Assembly (NCBI GenBank): GCA_964373795.1
Contig: CAYJVY010000002.1
Location: 54,207 to 86,206 of the forward strand
Direction: 5' to 3'
Source of the DNA: an uncultured archaeon
GTDB taxonomy: Archaea; Iainarchaeota; Iainarchaeia; Iainarchaeales; DATDZZ01
Length of the DNA: 32,000 nucleotides
Below the pieces are notes generated by a model. The model was not told where the DNA came from. It worked only from the letters and a program-made list of their open reading frames with translations, and made no database searches. Of this stretch, positions 1 through 8,935 are shown in pieces. Within the stretch, counting starts at the first letter, position 1; each line of letters opens with the position of its first letter. The position numbers were made by a program, and so were the translations under genes.

Positions 1-1
1 A

Positions 2-1423
2 GCAGTAGATTTAACTATTTCTCCTTCACAGTTTGAATTACAACAAGGCTCTGAACGCGATTTAATGCTTAACTATTTTGTAAACTCTAATAAAGGCGTG
101 AAAACATTAACTCAAGTGAAAGAATTTGATAAAGTTAAGCTTGACTTTGGATTTAAAGGACATGAAAGCATGCTTTCTACGTCTTATTCCTTTCCTGGAA
201 GAGTAAAAGTAGAAAGGGATGTTCCCTCAGGCGAATATGAATTGAAATTAAGTGTTTTAAACCTTGAAACAAATAATGTTTTGGATTCTGAAACAATTAA
301 AGTAAAAGTAGTTGAAAAAGGAGAGAAAAATTATTTCACTTCTCCTGGAAAAACAATTGAACCAAGAATTGAAAATATTAAATTCAGTGAAAACAACGTA
401 TTGTTGAAAAGAAACGATTCAAAAGAGGTTAAAATTGATTTTGAAAACGCAGGTTCTTTAAGTAATTTTAGAGTGAAAATTGTGAACTCTTCAAAAGAGG
501 TTGAAGGAATTGCATCAAGCAATGAATTTGAAAACCTTTCAAAAGGAACTGCAAGTATTAAACTCGTGTCAAATCCTATTGCAAAAGAAGGAAGCCATGA
601 AGTAAAAGTTTTACTAGTTGACTTGGCTTCATATAAAGAACACTTACTTGGAACAATTAATGTAATAGTAAAACCTTTTTACAACCTTCAAACAAGCGTG
701 GAATTAAATTCAACAGAAGCCAAAATAGGTGAAACAGTTAAAGGAAAACTTGTAATTAAAAATCTTTCAGCATTTGATCAAACGCTTTCCTTAAATGGAA
801 CTCCTGAAATGGAATTTGAATCACAAAAAATTGAACTTGCAGGAAACCAATTGAAATCAATTGAATTCAAAGTCAAGCCATTCAAAGAAGGAGAAAACGG
901 TTTTACAATTAATTTAAACGGAGAAACTAATAGAATTGTATTCATTAAAGTAAAAGGATTAAAAGCAGGTATTTCAAGCACTGAAGACATTGTGAAGGCA
1001 TTTGAGGGAAGCAATATTGCTTTAATTGGATTAGTTGAACCTTCTTGGCCAATTGTTTTAGGAATACTAATTGCAATTCTATTGTATGCTTTATGGAAAA
1101 AAGAACAAGTAATTGAATTCATGCAAAGAATTCTTGGAAACTTGTTAGATGAATTTGTTTTATCTCCAGCTTTTTCAACTCAGTCTTTAAAACAAGAAAG
1201 CAAAGAAGTCAAAGAAGAAATTGAAGAAACTTCTGAAAAAGAAGTTGAAAAAGATTCTTCAGAAGAAAAAAAAACTGAAAACATTGAAGCTCGTGAAGAA
1301 AAAGAAAGTGAAAAAGAATTAGAAGAAATTGTTTCAAAAGAAATTGAAATAAAGCAATTAATTGAAGAATTAGAAGAAAAAATAACTGAAGAAAAACAAA
1401 AAAAATTAAACGAATTCAAATAA
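2..1423 (+). CDS. Cell-surface protein, 5'-truncated by the window edge: repeated beta-sandwich-like ectodomain modules, one C-terminal TM helix, Glu/Lys-rich cytoplasmic tail
   Basis: Frame 2 is open from nt 2 (AVDLTISPSQFELQQGSERDL precedes the first ATG at 65), so the true start lies upstream. Repeated ~100-aa strand-rich modules are present (YELKLSVLNLET..IKVKVVEKG; HEVKVLLVDL..INVIVKP; SIEFKVKPFKEGENGFTINLNG). There is a single hydrophobic helix (WPIVLGILIAILLYALW) followed by a ~100-aa E/K-rich tail and a TAA stop. Confidence 0.7.
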   Translation, partial: AVDLTISPSQFELQQGSERDLMLNYFVNSNKGVKTLTQVKEFDKVKLDFGFKGHESMLSTSYSFPGRVKVERDVPSGEYELKLSVLNLETNNVLDSETIKVKVVEKGEKNYFTSPGKTIEPRIENIKFSENNVLLKRNDSKEVKIDFENAGSLSNFRVKIVNSSKEVEGIASSNEFENLSKGTASIKLVSNPIAKEGSHEVKVLLVDLASYKEHLLGTINVIVKPFYNLQTSVELNSTEAKIGETVKGKLVIKNLSAFDQTLSLNGTPEMEFESQKIELAGNQLKSIEFKVKPFKEGENGFTINLNGETNRIVFIKVKGLKAGISSTEDIVKAFEGSNIALIGLVEPSWPIVLGILIAILLYALWKKEQVIEFMQRILGNLLDEFVLSPAFSTQSLKQESKEVKEEIEETSEKEVEKDSSEEKKTENIEAREEKESEKELEEIVSKEIEIKQLIEELEEKITEEKQKKLNEFK

Positions 1424-1430
1424 AAAAGGC

Positions 1431-1476
1431 CACATCATATAAAAAACAATCATTTTATATGACGTGTTTTCTTTTT
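1431..1476. terminator. Inverted repeat plus T-run between convergent genes (likely bidirectional terminator)
   Basis: CACATCATATAAAA (1431-1444) pairs with TTTTATATGACGTG (1453-1466), 14 bp with one G-U/mismatch. It is followed by TTTTCTTTTT and sits between the stop at 1423 (+) and the stop at 1486 (-). Confidence 0.5.
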
Positions 1477-1485
1477 GGGACAAAT

Positions 1486-4400
1486 TTAAGCAGGGCAAGA
1501 AGAAAGCTCTTCTTTTGAAGGATTATTAATAAGCAAATACCATTTATCTATTGAACCATCTTCATTTGATTTCTTTAAAGCAACAATGTAATCCTTTCCT
1601 TCCTCTAATTCACTGAATACAAGTTCATTTCCTAAAGGGAAATATTTTACATCCTTTAAAGGTTGAACTCCTTGAGTATTAATTGCTACATCAATTTTAT
1701 CCTTATAATCATATACTCCTTGAATTAATTCAGTAAACTCTCTCATTGAATTAAAAGGAATTTCTTTTTCGCCTCTAGCCTTTAAACTCTCTAAATCTTT
1801 ATCTAAAACAGTTCTATTATAAGTATAACAACCCTTTGCCAACACTTTTCCTGTTCCACTTGCAGGCTGACCAGGTTGCCCTCCACTTGGTTGTCCGGGT
1901 TGCCCTGGTTGAACAGCAATTGGCCCTGAAACAGTGAAAGCAAAAGATTTAATCAATCCATCTCCTCTAAAGCATTCATATTGAGGATTAGTTCTATAAT
2001 TAAATGCAGTTGGACAAAAACCAAGATTTTGTAATCCTCTAACATCAATTTTTGACGAATTTTTCTCCCAATAACCAAAGTCTTGCAATGCATCAGCTAT
2101 TGCTGGATTAAATTTTACTTTTACTACTCCAAAATAATCTGCTGCAGGAAAGCCTCTAACTAAATTAACTGGATTACTTAAGCCTTCTCCACAAGAAAAA
2201 GGTTTATCAATAAAATCTGCTGCATTTTTTTTATCAGTTGAATAAAAAGTTATTTGACAAGACTCAATTAAAGGTCCTGGGTCGCCTTTAATCCAATAAT
2301 ATCCTCCAATTCCAAGTGAAGCTAAATCAAATACATCAACTGCATTCTTTAAATTAAATACTCCATATCCCGCGCTTTCAAGATATGAAAGATATAACTG
2401 GCCTTCTTCAATACAGCTTTGCACTAAATTAATGTTTTTACTTGCATTTGGATCAATAGAGTAAAGCAAATTTTTTGGATCTGAAACTAATGTCAGCCAA
2501 TCAGTTCCACTTTTATTTACATATAAATCCAATTCAGATAATTCAGAATTACTTGACTGAAATTCTGCTGTATTACATTTATATAAAGAATAAGCTCTGT
2601 CAGGCAAAGCAGCAACTGTTGCAACAACTCCTGCAGCAGCTAAACCTTTTCCTGCAACCCTTAAAACAGGAGTAACTGCTTTAACTCCTGGAACCGCTGC
2701 AATTCCTGCTCCAACCGCTCCAACTCCTGCCGCAGTCCATCCAATAGGTTTTGCAGCCCATTTAACTACTTTAACTGCTTTTCCAACCCTTGAAGCCCTA
2801 GCAACTACAGCCGCTTCTTGAGCTGTTTCAACAACCCTTCCTGATCCAGCTACAGCAGCTACTGCTTCAGTTGAGTTAACTGCTTTTGCAGCAGCAGCTG
2901 TTTTTCCAGTAACTTCAGCAACAGTTTTTGCTCTAGCAGCTGCTTGAGCAGCAACATTAGCCAAACCAGTTTCAGCTTTAATAATGTCATCTAGTTGAGC
3001 AACATTTTGAACTAAAAGCCTTGTTCCAGACTCAGTTTTATAATATAATCCAACATCATCTCCAAGTGTTATAACTTCTAAAGAAGTAACTCCTGCAACT
3101 CTTGCTTCTTGAACTGCACTAGATAAACCTTTTAATAGTGCAGGAGAGGTTTTGTTTCTCTGATAAAAATCGAATATATTTCTAAGCCTATTCAATCTAT
3201 CTAATTTTATTTCTGGAACTAATTTTCCTACATCTGCAACTGCTTGCACTGAAGGAGTTGCATGCTCTAATGCTTTTCCAAGGCTCACTCCTTCTCTTGT
3301 AACATCATCAACTGAGGAAAGAAGTAAAGTTCCTTGCCCTTCAGCTAAAGGAACTCCTGCAACAGGAATATCTAATACATGTTGTCCTGCTCTAACATAT
3401 AATCCTTGAACTTGTCCAAGCCTTGCTTCAAATCCTGCTTCTTGTAAAACAGTTGCAAGTACTTCCATTCTTTGAGTTGCCTGAGCAACATTTCCAGAAA
3501 ACCTGGAAAGCATTACAGCACTTTCAAGAGATTCTTCTGCAGTAATAAATCCCCTAGTAATAAAGTAAGTTCTTGCTCCAGCCAATCCAGGAGCTCCGGC
3601 TCTTTCTGCATCAGCAATTGCTTGCAATAAAAGCTTTGCTTCTTCTTTAATGAATTTATCTGAATGTCCAAGCAATAAAGCAGCTGCTCTTCTATATTTC
3701 ATAACATCAGTTGACCCAACAGAATCTCCCAATAATTTAGTGAATTTATATCTTCCCAAATTATTTAATCTAGTCATTTCCAAATTAGTTAATTCAGCTA
3801 CCTCTGGCACTCCATAAAAAGCTTTTGAAAAACTTACAGCTGCTTGATTAACAGCAACAGCTGATTTTCCAACAAAAACAGATCCAACTGGTTTAGAAGA
3901 AAACTTACTAGTCGCATTCCAAGAATTAATTAAAGATTCTTTTCTTTTATTAGTTATTCTCCACTTACTAGGAGCTTTTTTAACAGCTGAAACTGCTTCA
4001 GGCACTGAATCCACAACAGGAGTACTAACACTAGCTCCATTTAATATAATTAAGCCTTTTACTTTTCCAACAGAAACATTAACTTTTTGAGAATTCAATG
4101 AATGAGCTAAATCATCCATTTTATCTCCAACTTCAATTAATCTTGAAGTTGTTGCCTCCTCAACTCTTTCAACAAATCTAGGAACAATTATCTCTCTGAC
4201 GCCACCAGGTTTTGGAATAGGAACACCAGTGCCAGTCCCTCTTGACACGCCTTCAGGTGGAAATTCAATAGTAGGCCTTGTAACAGCACTTCTTGGAACA
4301 AATCTTTCAACAGTAACATCACTGCCTTTAGGAAATTGAATTGATGGCTTTTTTTGAGGAAACTCAATAAAAGGCTTTTTTCTAACTGCCCCTGGAGGCA

Positions 4401-5229
4401 CATCTATATCAGGCCTAGGCGTTGCAATAGCAGGAGTTCCAGAGGATTTGGCAGGAATAATAATACTTGGCCCAGTTCTTGCTGCAGAAGTAGCTTTTCT
4501 TGGAAAATGCTTTAAAGAAATTTGTTTCCATCTAGGCCTACTAATTGGTTCTGCTGCACCTCTATTAAATCCCCCAGGAGAATTCAAAATATCTTGATTA
4601 AGTGCATAAGCTCTTGCACCTAATGGATGGCTTGTTCCATATTCTCGAATTAATTCTCCGTTTCGTGTAAAAAGAGCTTCAAGTTTATCTCCAAAAGAAT
4701 GCTGGAAAAAACGAGCAACAGTAAAATCTTTTTCTGAAAAATTTATTGAATTAAATTCATTAGAAAAATTTTTACCTGAAGCATTAATAGTTGTCTCTTC
4801 TAAAGATTCTTCAATTCCATCAATTGTTGAACCAACTTCTTCAATATATGCAAGATCATCTAACACATTTGTTCTTTCATATTCTGCTGCAATTAAAGCA
4901 ATTACTTCTGGATTGTTTTCTAAATCAGTTCCAGCTAAAGCTTCCTGCCATTCAGAGTCATTTCGAATAATTTTTCTCCAAGCAGCAGATTCATCTACTG
5001 CAGTTAAACCTCCTGCAACAAGAGCAGGGGTTTCAAGAATTGATTCACCTGTGTCCATTGAAACTAATCCAGAGTCTTGAACTTGAATTGCTTGCTCGTT
5101 TTCTAAATCAATTGTTTTCCATTTAGAAAAAGTCTTTCCTTGAATACTTATTTCATCCTTTGCAACTCCAGCAAAAATACTTGGAGTTAAAAACAGTAAA
5201 ACAACAAATAATGCAAAAAATTTATGCAT
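1486..5229 (-). CDS. Giant secreted protein (1247 aa), unknown family; mosaic composition
   Basis: N-terminal Sec-type signal peptide MHKFFALFVVLLFLTPSIFAG. Pro-rich short repeats (KPFIEFPQ / KPSIQFPK / RPTIEFPP). Long Ala/Gly/Val/Arg-rich central part with two Gly/Ala-rich hydrophobic segments (PIGWTAAGVGAVGAGIAAVPGV; GLAAAGVVATVAAL). Cys-rich C-terminal region, a PGQPGQPSGGQPGQP linker, then a terminal ~140-aa domain. The ATG overlaps the upstream gene's stop by 8 nt. Confidence 0.8.
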   Translation of the reverse strand: MHKFFALFVVLLFLTPSIFAGVAKDEISIQGKTFSKWKTIDLENEQAIQVQDSGLVSMDTGESILETPALVAGGLTAVDESAAWRKIIRNDSEWQEALAGTDLENNPEVIALIAAEYERTNVLDDLAYIEEVGSTIDGIEESLEETTINASGKNFSNEFNSINFSEKDFTVARFFQHSFGDKLEALFTRNGELIREYGTSHPLGARAYALNQDILNSPGGFNRGAAEPISRPRWKQISLKHFPRKATSAARTGPSIIIPAKSSGTPAIATPRPDIDVPPGAVRKKPFIEFPQKKPSIQFPKGSDVTVERFVPRSAVTRPTIEFPPEGVSRGTGTGVPIPKPGGVREIIVPRFVERVEEATTSRLIEVGDKMDDLAHSLNSQKVNVSVGKVKGLIILNGASVSTPVVDSVPEAVSAVKKAPSKWRITNKRKESLINSWNATSKFSSKPVGSVFVGKSAVAVNQAAVSFSKAFYGVPEVAELTNLEMTRLNNLGRYKFTKLLGDSVGSTDVMKYRRAAALLLGHSDKFIKEEAKLLLQAIADAERAGAPGLAGARTYFITRGFITAEESLESAVMLSRFSGNVAQATQRMEVLATVLQEAGFEARLGQVQGLYVRAGQHVLDIPVAGVPLAEGQGTLLLSSVDDVTREGVSLGKALEHATPSVQAVADVGKLVPEIKLDRLNRLRNIFDFYQRNKTSPALLKGLSSAVQEARVAGVTSLEVITLGDDVGLYYKTESGTRLLVQNVAQLDDIIKAETGLANVAAQAAARAKTVAEVTGKTAAAAKAVNSTEAVAAVAGSGRVVETAQEAAVVARASRVGKAVKVVKWAAKPIGWTAAGVGAVGAGIAAVPGVKAVTPVLRVAGKGLAAAGVVATVAALPDRAYSLYKCNTAEFQSSNSELSELDLYVNKSGTDWLTLVSDPKNLLYSIDPNASKNINLVQSCIEEGQLYLSYLESAGYGVFNLKNAVDVFDLASLGIGGYYWIKGDPGPLIESCQITFYSTDKKNAADFIDKPFSCGEGLSNPVNLVRGFPAADYFGVVKVKFNPAIADALQDFGYWEKNSSKIDVRGLQNLGFCPTAFNYRTNPQYECFRGDGLIKSFAFTVSGPIAVQPGQPGQPSGGQPGQPASGTGKVLAKGCYTYNRTVLDKDLESLKARGEKEIPFNSMREFTELIQGVYDYKDKIDVAINTQGVQPLKDVKYFPLGNELVFSELEEGKDYIVALKKSNEDGSIDKWYLLINNPSKEELSSCPA

Positions 5230-5866
5230 TTTTTTCCAACTCCAGTAAAGGATCTACTTCTTTTGAAACCATTAAACAAGAATCAAAAACTCTGTTAAAA
5301 GCATAAGAAAAATTAGCTGTTTCAGTTGCAAGAGAATCAACATTAATTAAAGGCTTTTGAATTTTTTCATTAATAAAAACCTTTCCAAGTTTTTCATTCA
5401 ATTCATCCGCAGTTAAAACAATTTGAAGAGCCTCTTCTTCCATTTTATTTGTTTCATTCAAATCTTGACAAGCATCAATCAATTTTTTGTTTACAAGAAT
5501 AGCTATTTTCTCAGATAAAACAGATTGTTTTTTTTCCAACTCAATTAATTCTTTATAGTTTTTCACTAAAGATTCAAGTCTTTCATCAGATTTAATTTCT
5601 TTATTTTTTTCCAATTCATTCAAACTTGATTCAAGTTTAACTAAAGTGTTTTCCTCAAACTCAAATGCAAAAGAACTTAAAGCAATATTAAATCCATTCA
5701 AATCAGTGCCAGAATCACTAAATAAAGAAGCAAGTTTTTCAACTGCTTTGCCTTCACCTGAAACCGGTTTTTGCAATAAAGGTAAAACAAAAAAATAAGA
5801 AACAGCTAATAAAATTACTACTAAAACTGCAATTCCAAGTTTAGTTACATCACTCATCACAATCAT
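5222..5866 (-). CDS. N-terminally membrane-anchored coiled-coil protein (module copy 2)
   Basis: One N-terminal TM helix (LGIAVLVVILLAVSYFFVLPLL), then a helical, heptad-like E/K/L/N-rich region with 2 Cys (IDACQD, FDSCLM). It is a paralogue of 8936-9553 and shares the YFFVLPL motif and overall layout. Confidence 0.7.
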   Translation of the reverse strand: MIVMSDVTKLGIAVLVVILLAVSYFFVLPLLQKPVSGEGKAVEKLASLFSDSGTDLNGFNIALSSFAFEFEENTLVKLESSLNELEKNKEIKSDERLESLVKNYKELIELEKKQSVLSEKIAILVNKKLIDACQDLNETNKMEEEALQIVLTADELNEKLGKVFINEKIQKPLINVDSLATETANFSYAFNRVFDSCLMVSKEVDPLLELEKNA

Positions 5867-5882
5867 TCAACGATTTTTTAAT

Positions 5883-6242
5883 TTAACTTGAAGGACTTAT
5901 TCTTGAATTCAATTCATTTGAAAACTTTTTCAACATTTTACTCCAACAAACTAAAACATTTTCACAAGGCAGTTTTGAAACAACTAATCCAGATCCAACT
6001 CCCCCCACAGTTTTTGCAGTAGCAATAGGTGCTCCAGGAGCAACTAAAGTAGAATGTCCTAAAATAACTGTTTTAGGCCCACTAGAAGTTGGTGCTCCGC
6101 TTACTCCTGTTGATCCAGGAGTTCCAGGAGTGGTTCCACCTGAAACAATTGCTGTTCCACTTCCAGTAACTGGAGGAGCAAACACTAAGTCAAGTAATAA
6201 AATTCCTAAAACCAAACTCAAAAAAACAAATTTTAAATTCAT
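5883..6242 (-). CDS. Small secreted Gly/Thr/Pro-rich protein (119 aa)
   Basis: Signal-like N-terminus MNLKFVFLSLVLGILLLDLVFA, low-complexity GTTPGTPGSTGVSGAPTSSGP stretch, two close Cys (LPCENVLVCW). It lies 15-16 nt from both neighbouring genes in the operon. Confidence 0.55.
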   Translation of the reverse strand: MNLKFVFLSLVLGILLLDLVFAPPVTGSGTAIVSGGTTPGTPGSTGVSGAPTSSGPKTVILGHSTLVAPGAPIATAKTVGGVGSGLVVSKLPCENVLVCWSKMLKKFSNELNSRISPSS

Positions 6243-6257
6243 TCAAATCACTCTTTT

Positions 6258-8930
6258 TTAAGGCTGATAAATTTTTTCTCCTTTTTCAAATGAAAAAATT
6301 AAATGCATTGGCTGCAAGTCAGGGAATCTCAAAACCGCAACGTAATAGAAAGGCCCTTCTCTTGCATACTTTGGATTGCTTTCATCGTTTCTTTCAATGT
6401 CTTGCAATTCAAATGCAGGCCCTGTAAATCCAGTAGGATAACTAGTTGGAACACTAAATTTTACTAGATTAGGATTATTTGGATCTGTTTCACTGCCAAT
6501 TAATTGTTCTAAAGGAATTTCCATTGCTGGCTCGCCTTGAGCAACAAGGAAAGCTTTTCTATCATTTCTAATTTGATCTTGAGAATCTACTCTATAATCT
6601 AAATAACTTGTTCTACCCTTTAACTGAGGTGGAACACTTAATTTGAAAACCTTTAAATTAGATTTTGTTTTAAGCTCAGAATAATCTGTTTTAACAGTTA
6701 CAGGTACTTGAGCAGAACTAGCTATAACTAAATCCAATAAATTTGGATCAATTACTAGCAAGCCTTTTCCTCTAGGGCGAATTTCATCAGTGAAAGAAAT
6801 TGTTTTAGAAGTATCGTGATTCAATTTCACTGTAAACCTTAATTCACTATTTGGGTTAATTAAGTTTGAAACAGCATTATAACTAAACAACCATATTTCA
6901 AATTCAGTTGCAGTAGTTATATCTCCCACATTGATTCCATTCAACTGAGAAACAGGAATTTCACATCTAACCAAGGTATCTGTTCCATCACTTAGAGGCG
7001 TACTAATACACTTATTTTCACTAGAGGGATTTGAAGATTCTATACTCCAAATAGCAGAGTTAACAGGAGTTAAATTAACTCCTCCTTTTTCAGGCAATGA
7101 AACAACAGCAGCAGTACTAATAATATTAGTTAAAGGAATACTTCCACTTGCATCTTTTCCTAAATTAAATCTAATAGAATGTCCTGTGGGATGCTTGCTT
7201 TGCAGGAAAGAAATAACTAAACTAAATGGAGGACTTTTTTTGAATGCAACTTCGCTTTCATTTAATACATCTGCAGGAAATTCTTCTCCTTCAACTGTTG
7301 CTTTTAATTGAACTTTGAAAAACTCTGAATCAGTTGCTCCTGGTTTTGAAGTATGAACAGCTGCAGGACCTTCAACTCTTTCAGTTAATTCAGGAGAAAC
7401 ACTTAAAACAACAGTAGAATAATTAGAAGTCCTAGCAGCATCGTCTGAAACCTTTAATTTAATCTTAATTCCAACTCCACTAAACTCAAATGGAACATTA
7501 TAATCAAATGAACTCCTAGCAGAAGGAGATTTACTTGTTAAACTTGCAGGCAATGCAATAGGGGTTTCAGAATTATCTGCATTAATTGAATAAAATTCCC
7601 AATCAAATCTATCAACCCTAGTTCCTTGCAGGCTTTGCTTTACTTCAACATTAAAAGTTAAAGGCTGGCCTTTTCCCACGCCAAATATTTTTCCTTGACC
7701 ATCTTCTACCTCCCCAATTCCAACAACAATAATTTTAGCAGTAGGATTTTCTTTAAGTGGAGGATTTAAACTTCCTCCTCTTGCCTCAACATCCGCTGCA
7801 TTTCCTGCAAGAGCGTCTCTTTGATCACCTGCAGCTCCGGCAAGATTTGAAACAACTACTTTAAAATCAGTAACTACATTTAAAGCTCTTCCTGCAACTC
7901 TGTCAATTGAAATAGTTAAAGTATATTCTCCTGGAGATTTCTTCCATTCAGCAAGTGCCTTTGCACTTAAAGTCTGTGGTTTAGTGAAATCACAATTATT
8001 CAAAAGTGATTGAAAATCAAGGCTTCCACTAAAATCTAAACCTAAAACACCAATTAAGTTATCGTCGGAGCCTTTTTTAGTAATTTGAATTGAACAAGTC
8101 GAAGAAATTGGGGGAACACTAAAACCATACTTTGTAAAAGTTGCATATTTTGAAGTATCAAGAATTTGTTTATTACTTAATTCAGTTAAATCTTTTAAAC
8201 CTATAATAAATGCATTGTGACTTGCCAAATTTATTATGTTTTCAGCCGAAAACTTAAATTCAGACGAGCCTGGAGCAACAGCTGAGTCAAAAGACAATAC
8301 TTCTAATTTAAAGCTATTAACAGGATGGGCGGCAGAAGGATCATGAACTAATCCAGGTTTGGATTCGGCATTTCTAATTAATTCTTCTAATTTTGCAGGA
8401 TTTGCCATGATTTTTGTAACCCTAATATCTGTTTCTCCAAGACCAATTATTCCAGTAGCAGTTTCATAGCCTGCAGCTACATCTAAAGATAATTCTTGTG
8501 CAATAGATGAAACACCAGATCCTTCCAAAATCCTTCGATATTTTTCTTCAGAATCAACTTTAACTTTTTCATGAAGTTTATACCAATAAACTCCATTCCA
8601 AGCATAAGTAGTAAAATAATAATCACTCAAAGTTGTATCAGGCACTATCTTCAAAATTTTTTGGCCATTATAAAAAAAATCAATACATTGGTACTCAGCA
8701 TCATCGTCATCAATATCTCTTTCCGCCAAAGTAAAATCTGTTTCTAGTAGGCCAACTAATAAATTAATATTAAGTTTATCAGGGCAATCAAACATGTCTA
8801 AATTGCCAGTGGTCCAAGTATCTCCTGAATTAATTGTTATAGGGTCAAGCCTATCCATTTTTGCACTGATAACTGTTTGACTCAAAAAAAGCAAGAAAAT
8901 TAATGCAAGAAATATTTTTGAAAAATTCAT
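6258..8930 (-). CDS. Large secreted protein (890 aa) with Ig/PKD-like beta-sandwich region, unknown family
   Basis: Signal peptide MNFSKIFLALIFLLFLSQTVISA. An acidic DIDDDDAEYQC patch. A PKD-like stretch (RVDRFDWEFYSINADN..IKIKLKVSDD). No C-terminal anchor. It starts 5 nt after the upstream gene. Confidence 0.8.
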   Translation of the reverse strand: MNFSKIFLALIFLLFLSQTVISAKMDRLDPITINSGDTWTTGNLDMFDCPDKLNINLLVGLLETDFTLAERDIDDDDAEYQCIDFFYNGQKILKIVPDTTLSDYYFTTYAWNGVYWYKLHEKVKVDSEEKYRRILEGSGVSSIAQELSLDVAAGYETATGIIGLGETDIRVTKIMANPAKLEELIRNAESKPGLVHDPSAAHPVNSFKLEVLSFDSAVAPGSSEFKFSAENIINLASHNAFIIGLKDLTELSNKQILDTSKYATFTKYGFSVPPISSTCSIQITKKGSDDNLIGVLGLDFSGSLDFQSLLNNCDFTKPQTLSAKALAEWKKSPGEYTLTISIDRVAGRALNVVTDFKVVVSNLAGAAGDQRDALAGNAADVEARGGSLNPPLKENPTAKIIVVGIGEVEDGQGKIFGVGKGQPLTFNVEVKQSLQGTRVDRFDWEFYSINADNSETPIALPASLTSKSPSARSSFDYNVPFEFSGVGIKIKLKVSDDAARTSNYSTVVLSVSPELTERVEGPAAVHTSKPGATDSEFFKVQLKATVEGEEFPADVLNESEVAFKKSPPFSLVISFLQSKHPTGHSIRFNLGKDASGSIPLTNIISTAAVVSLPEKGGVNLTPVNSAIWSIESSNPSSENKCISTPLSDGTDTLVRCEIPVSQLNGINVGDITTATEFEIWLFSYNAVSNLINPNSELRFTVKLNHDTSKTISFTDEIRPRGKGLLVIDPNLLDLVIASSAQVPVTVKTDYSELKTKSNLKVFKLSVPPQLKGRTSYLDYRVDSQDQIRNDRKAFLVAQGEPAMEIPLEQLIGSETDPNNPNLVKFSVPTSYPTGFTGPAFELQDIERNDESNPKYAREGPFYYVAVLRFPDLQPMHLIFSFEKGEKIYQP

Positions 8931-8935
8931 TTAAT

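Noticed and set aside
1960-1968. An RGD tripeptide (ECFRGDG) in the Cys-rich C-terminal region of the 1247-aa secreted protein.
   Set aside because: A tripeptide is expected by chance in a protein of this size, and integrin-type recognition has no obvious relevance to an archaeal context.
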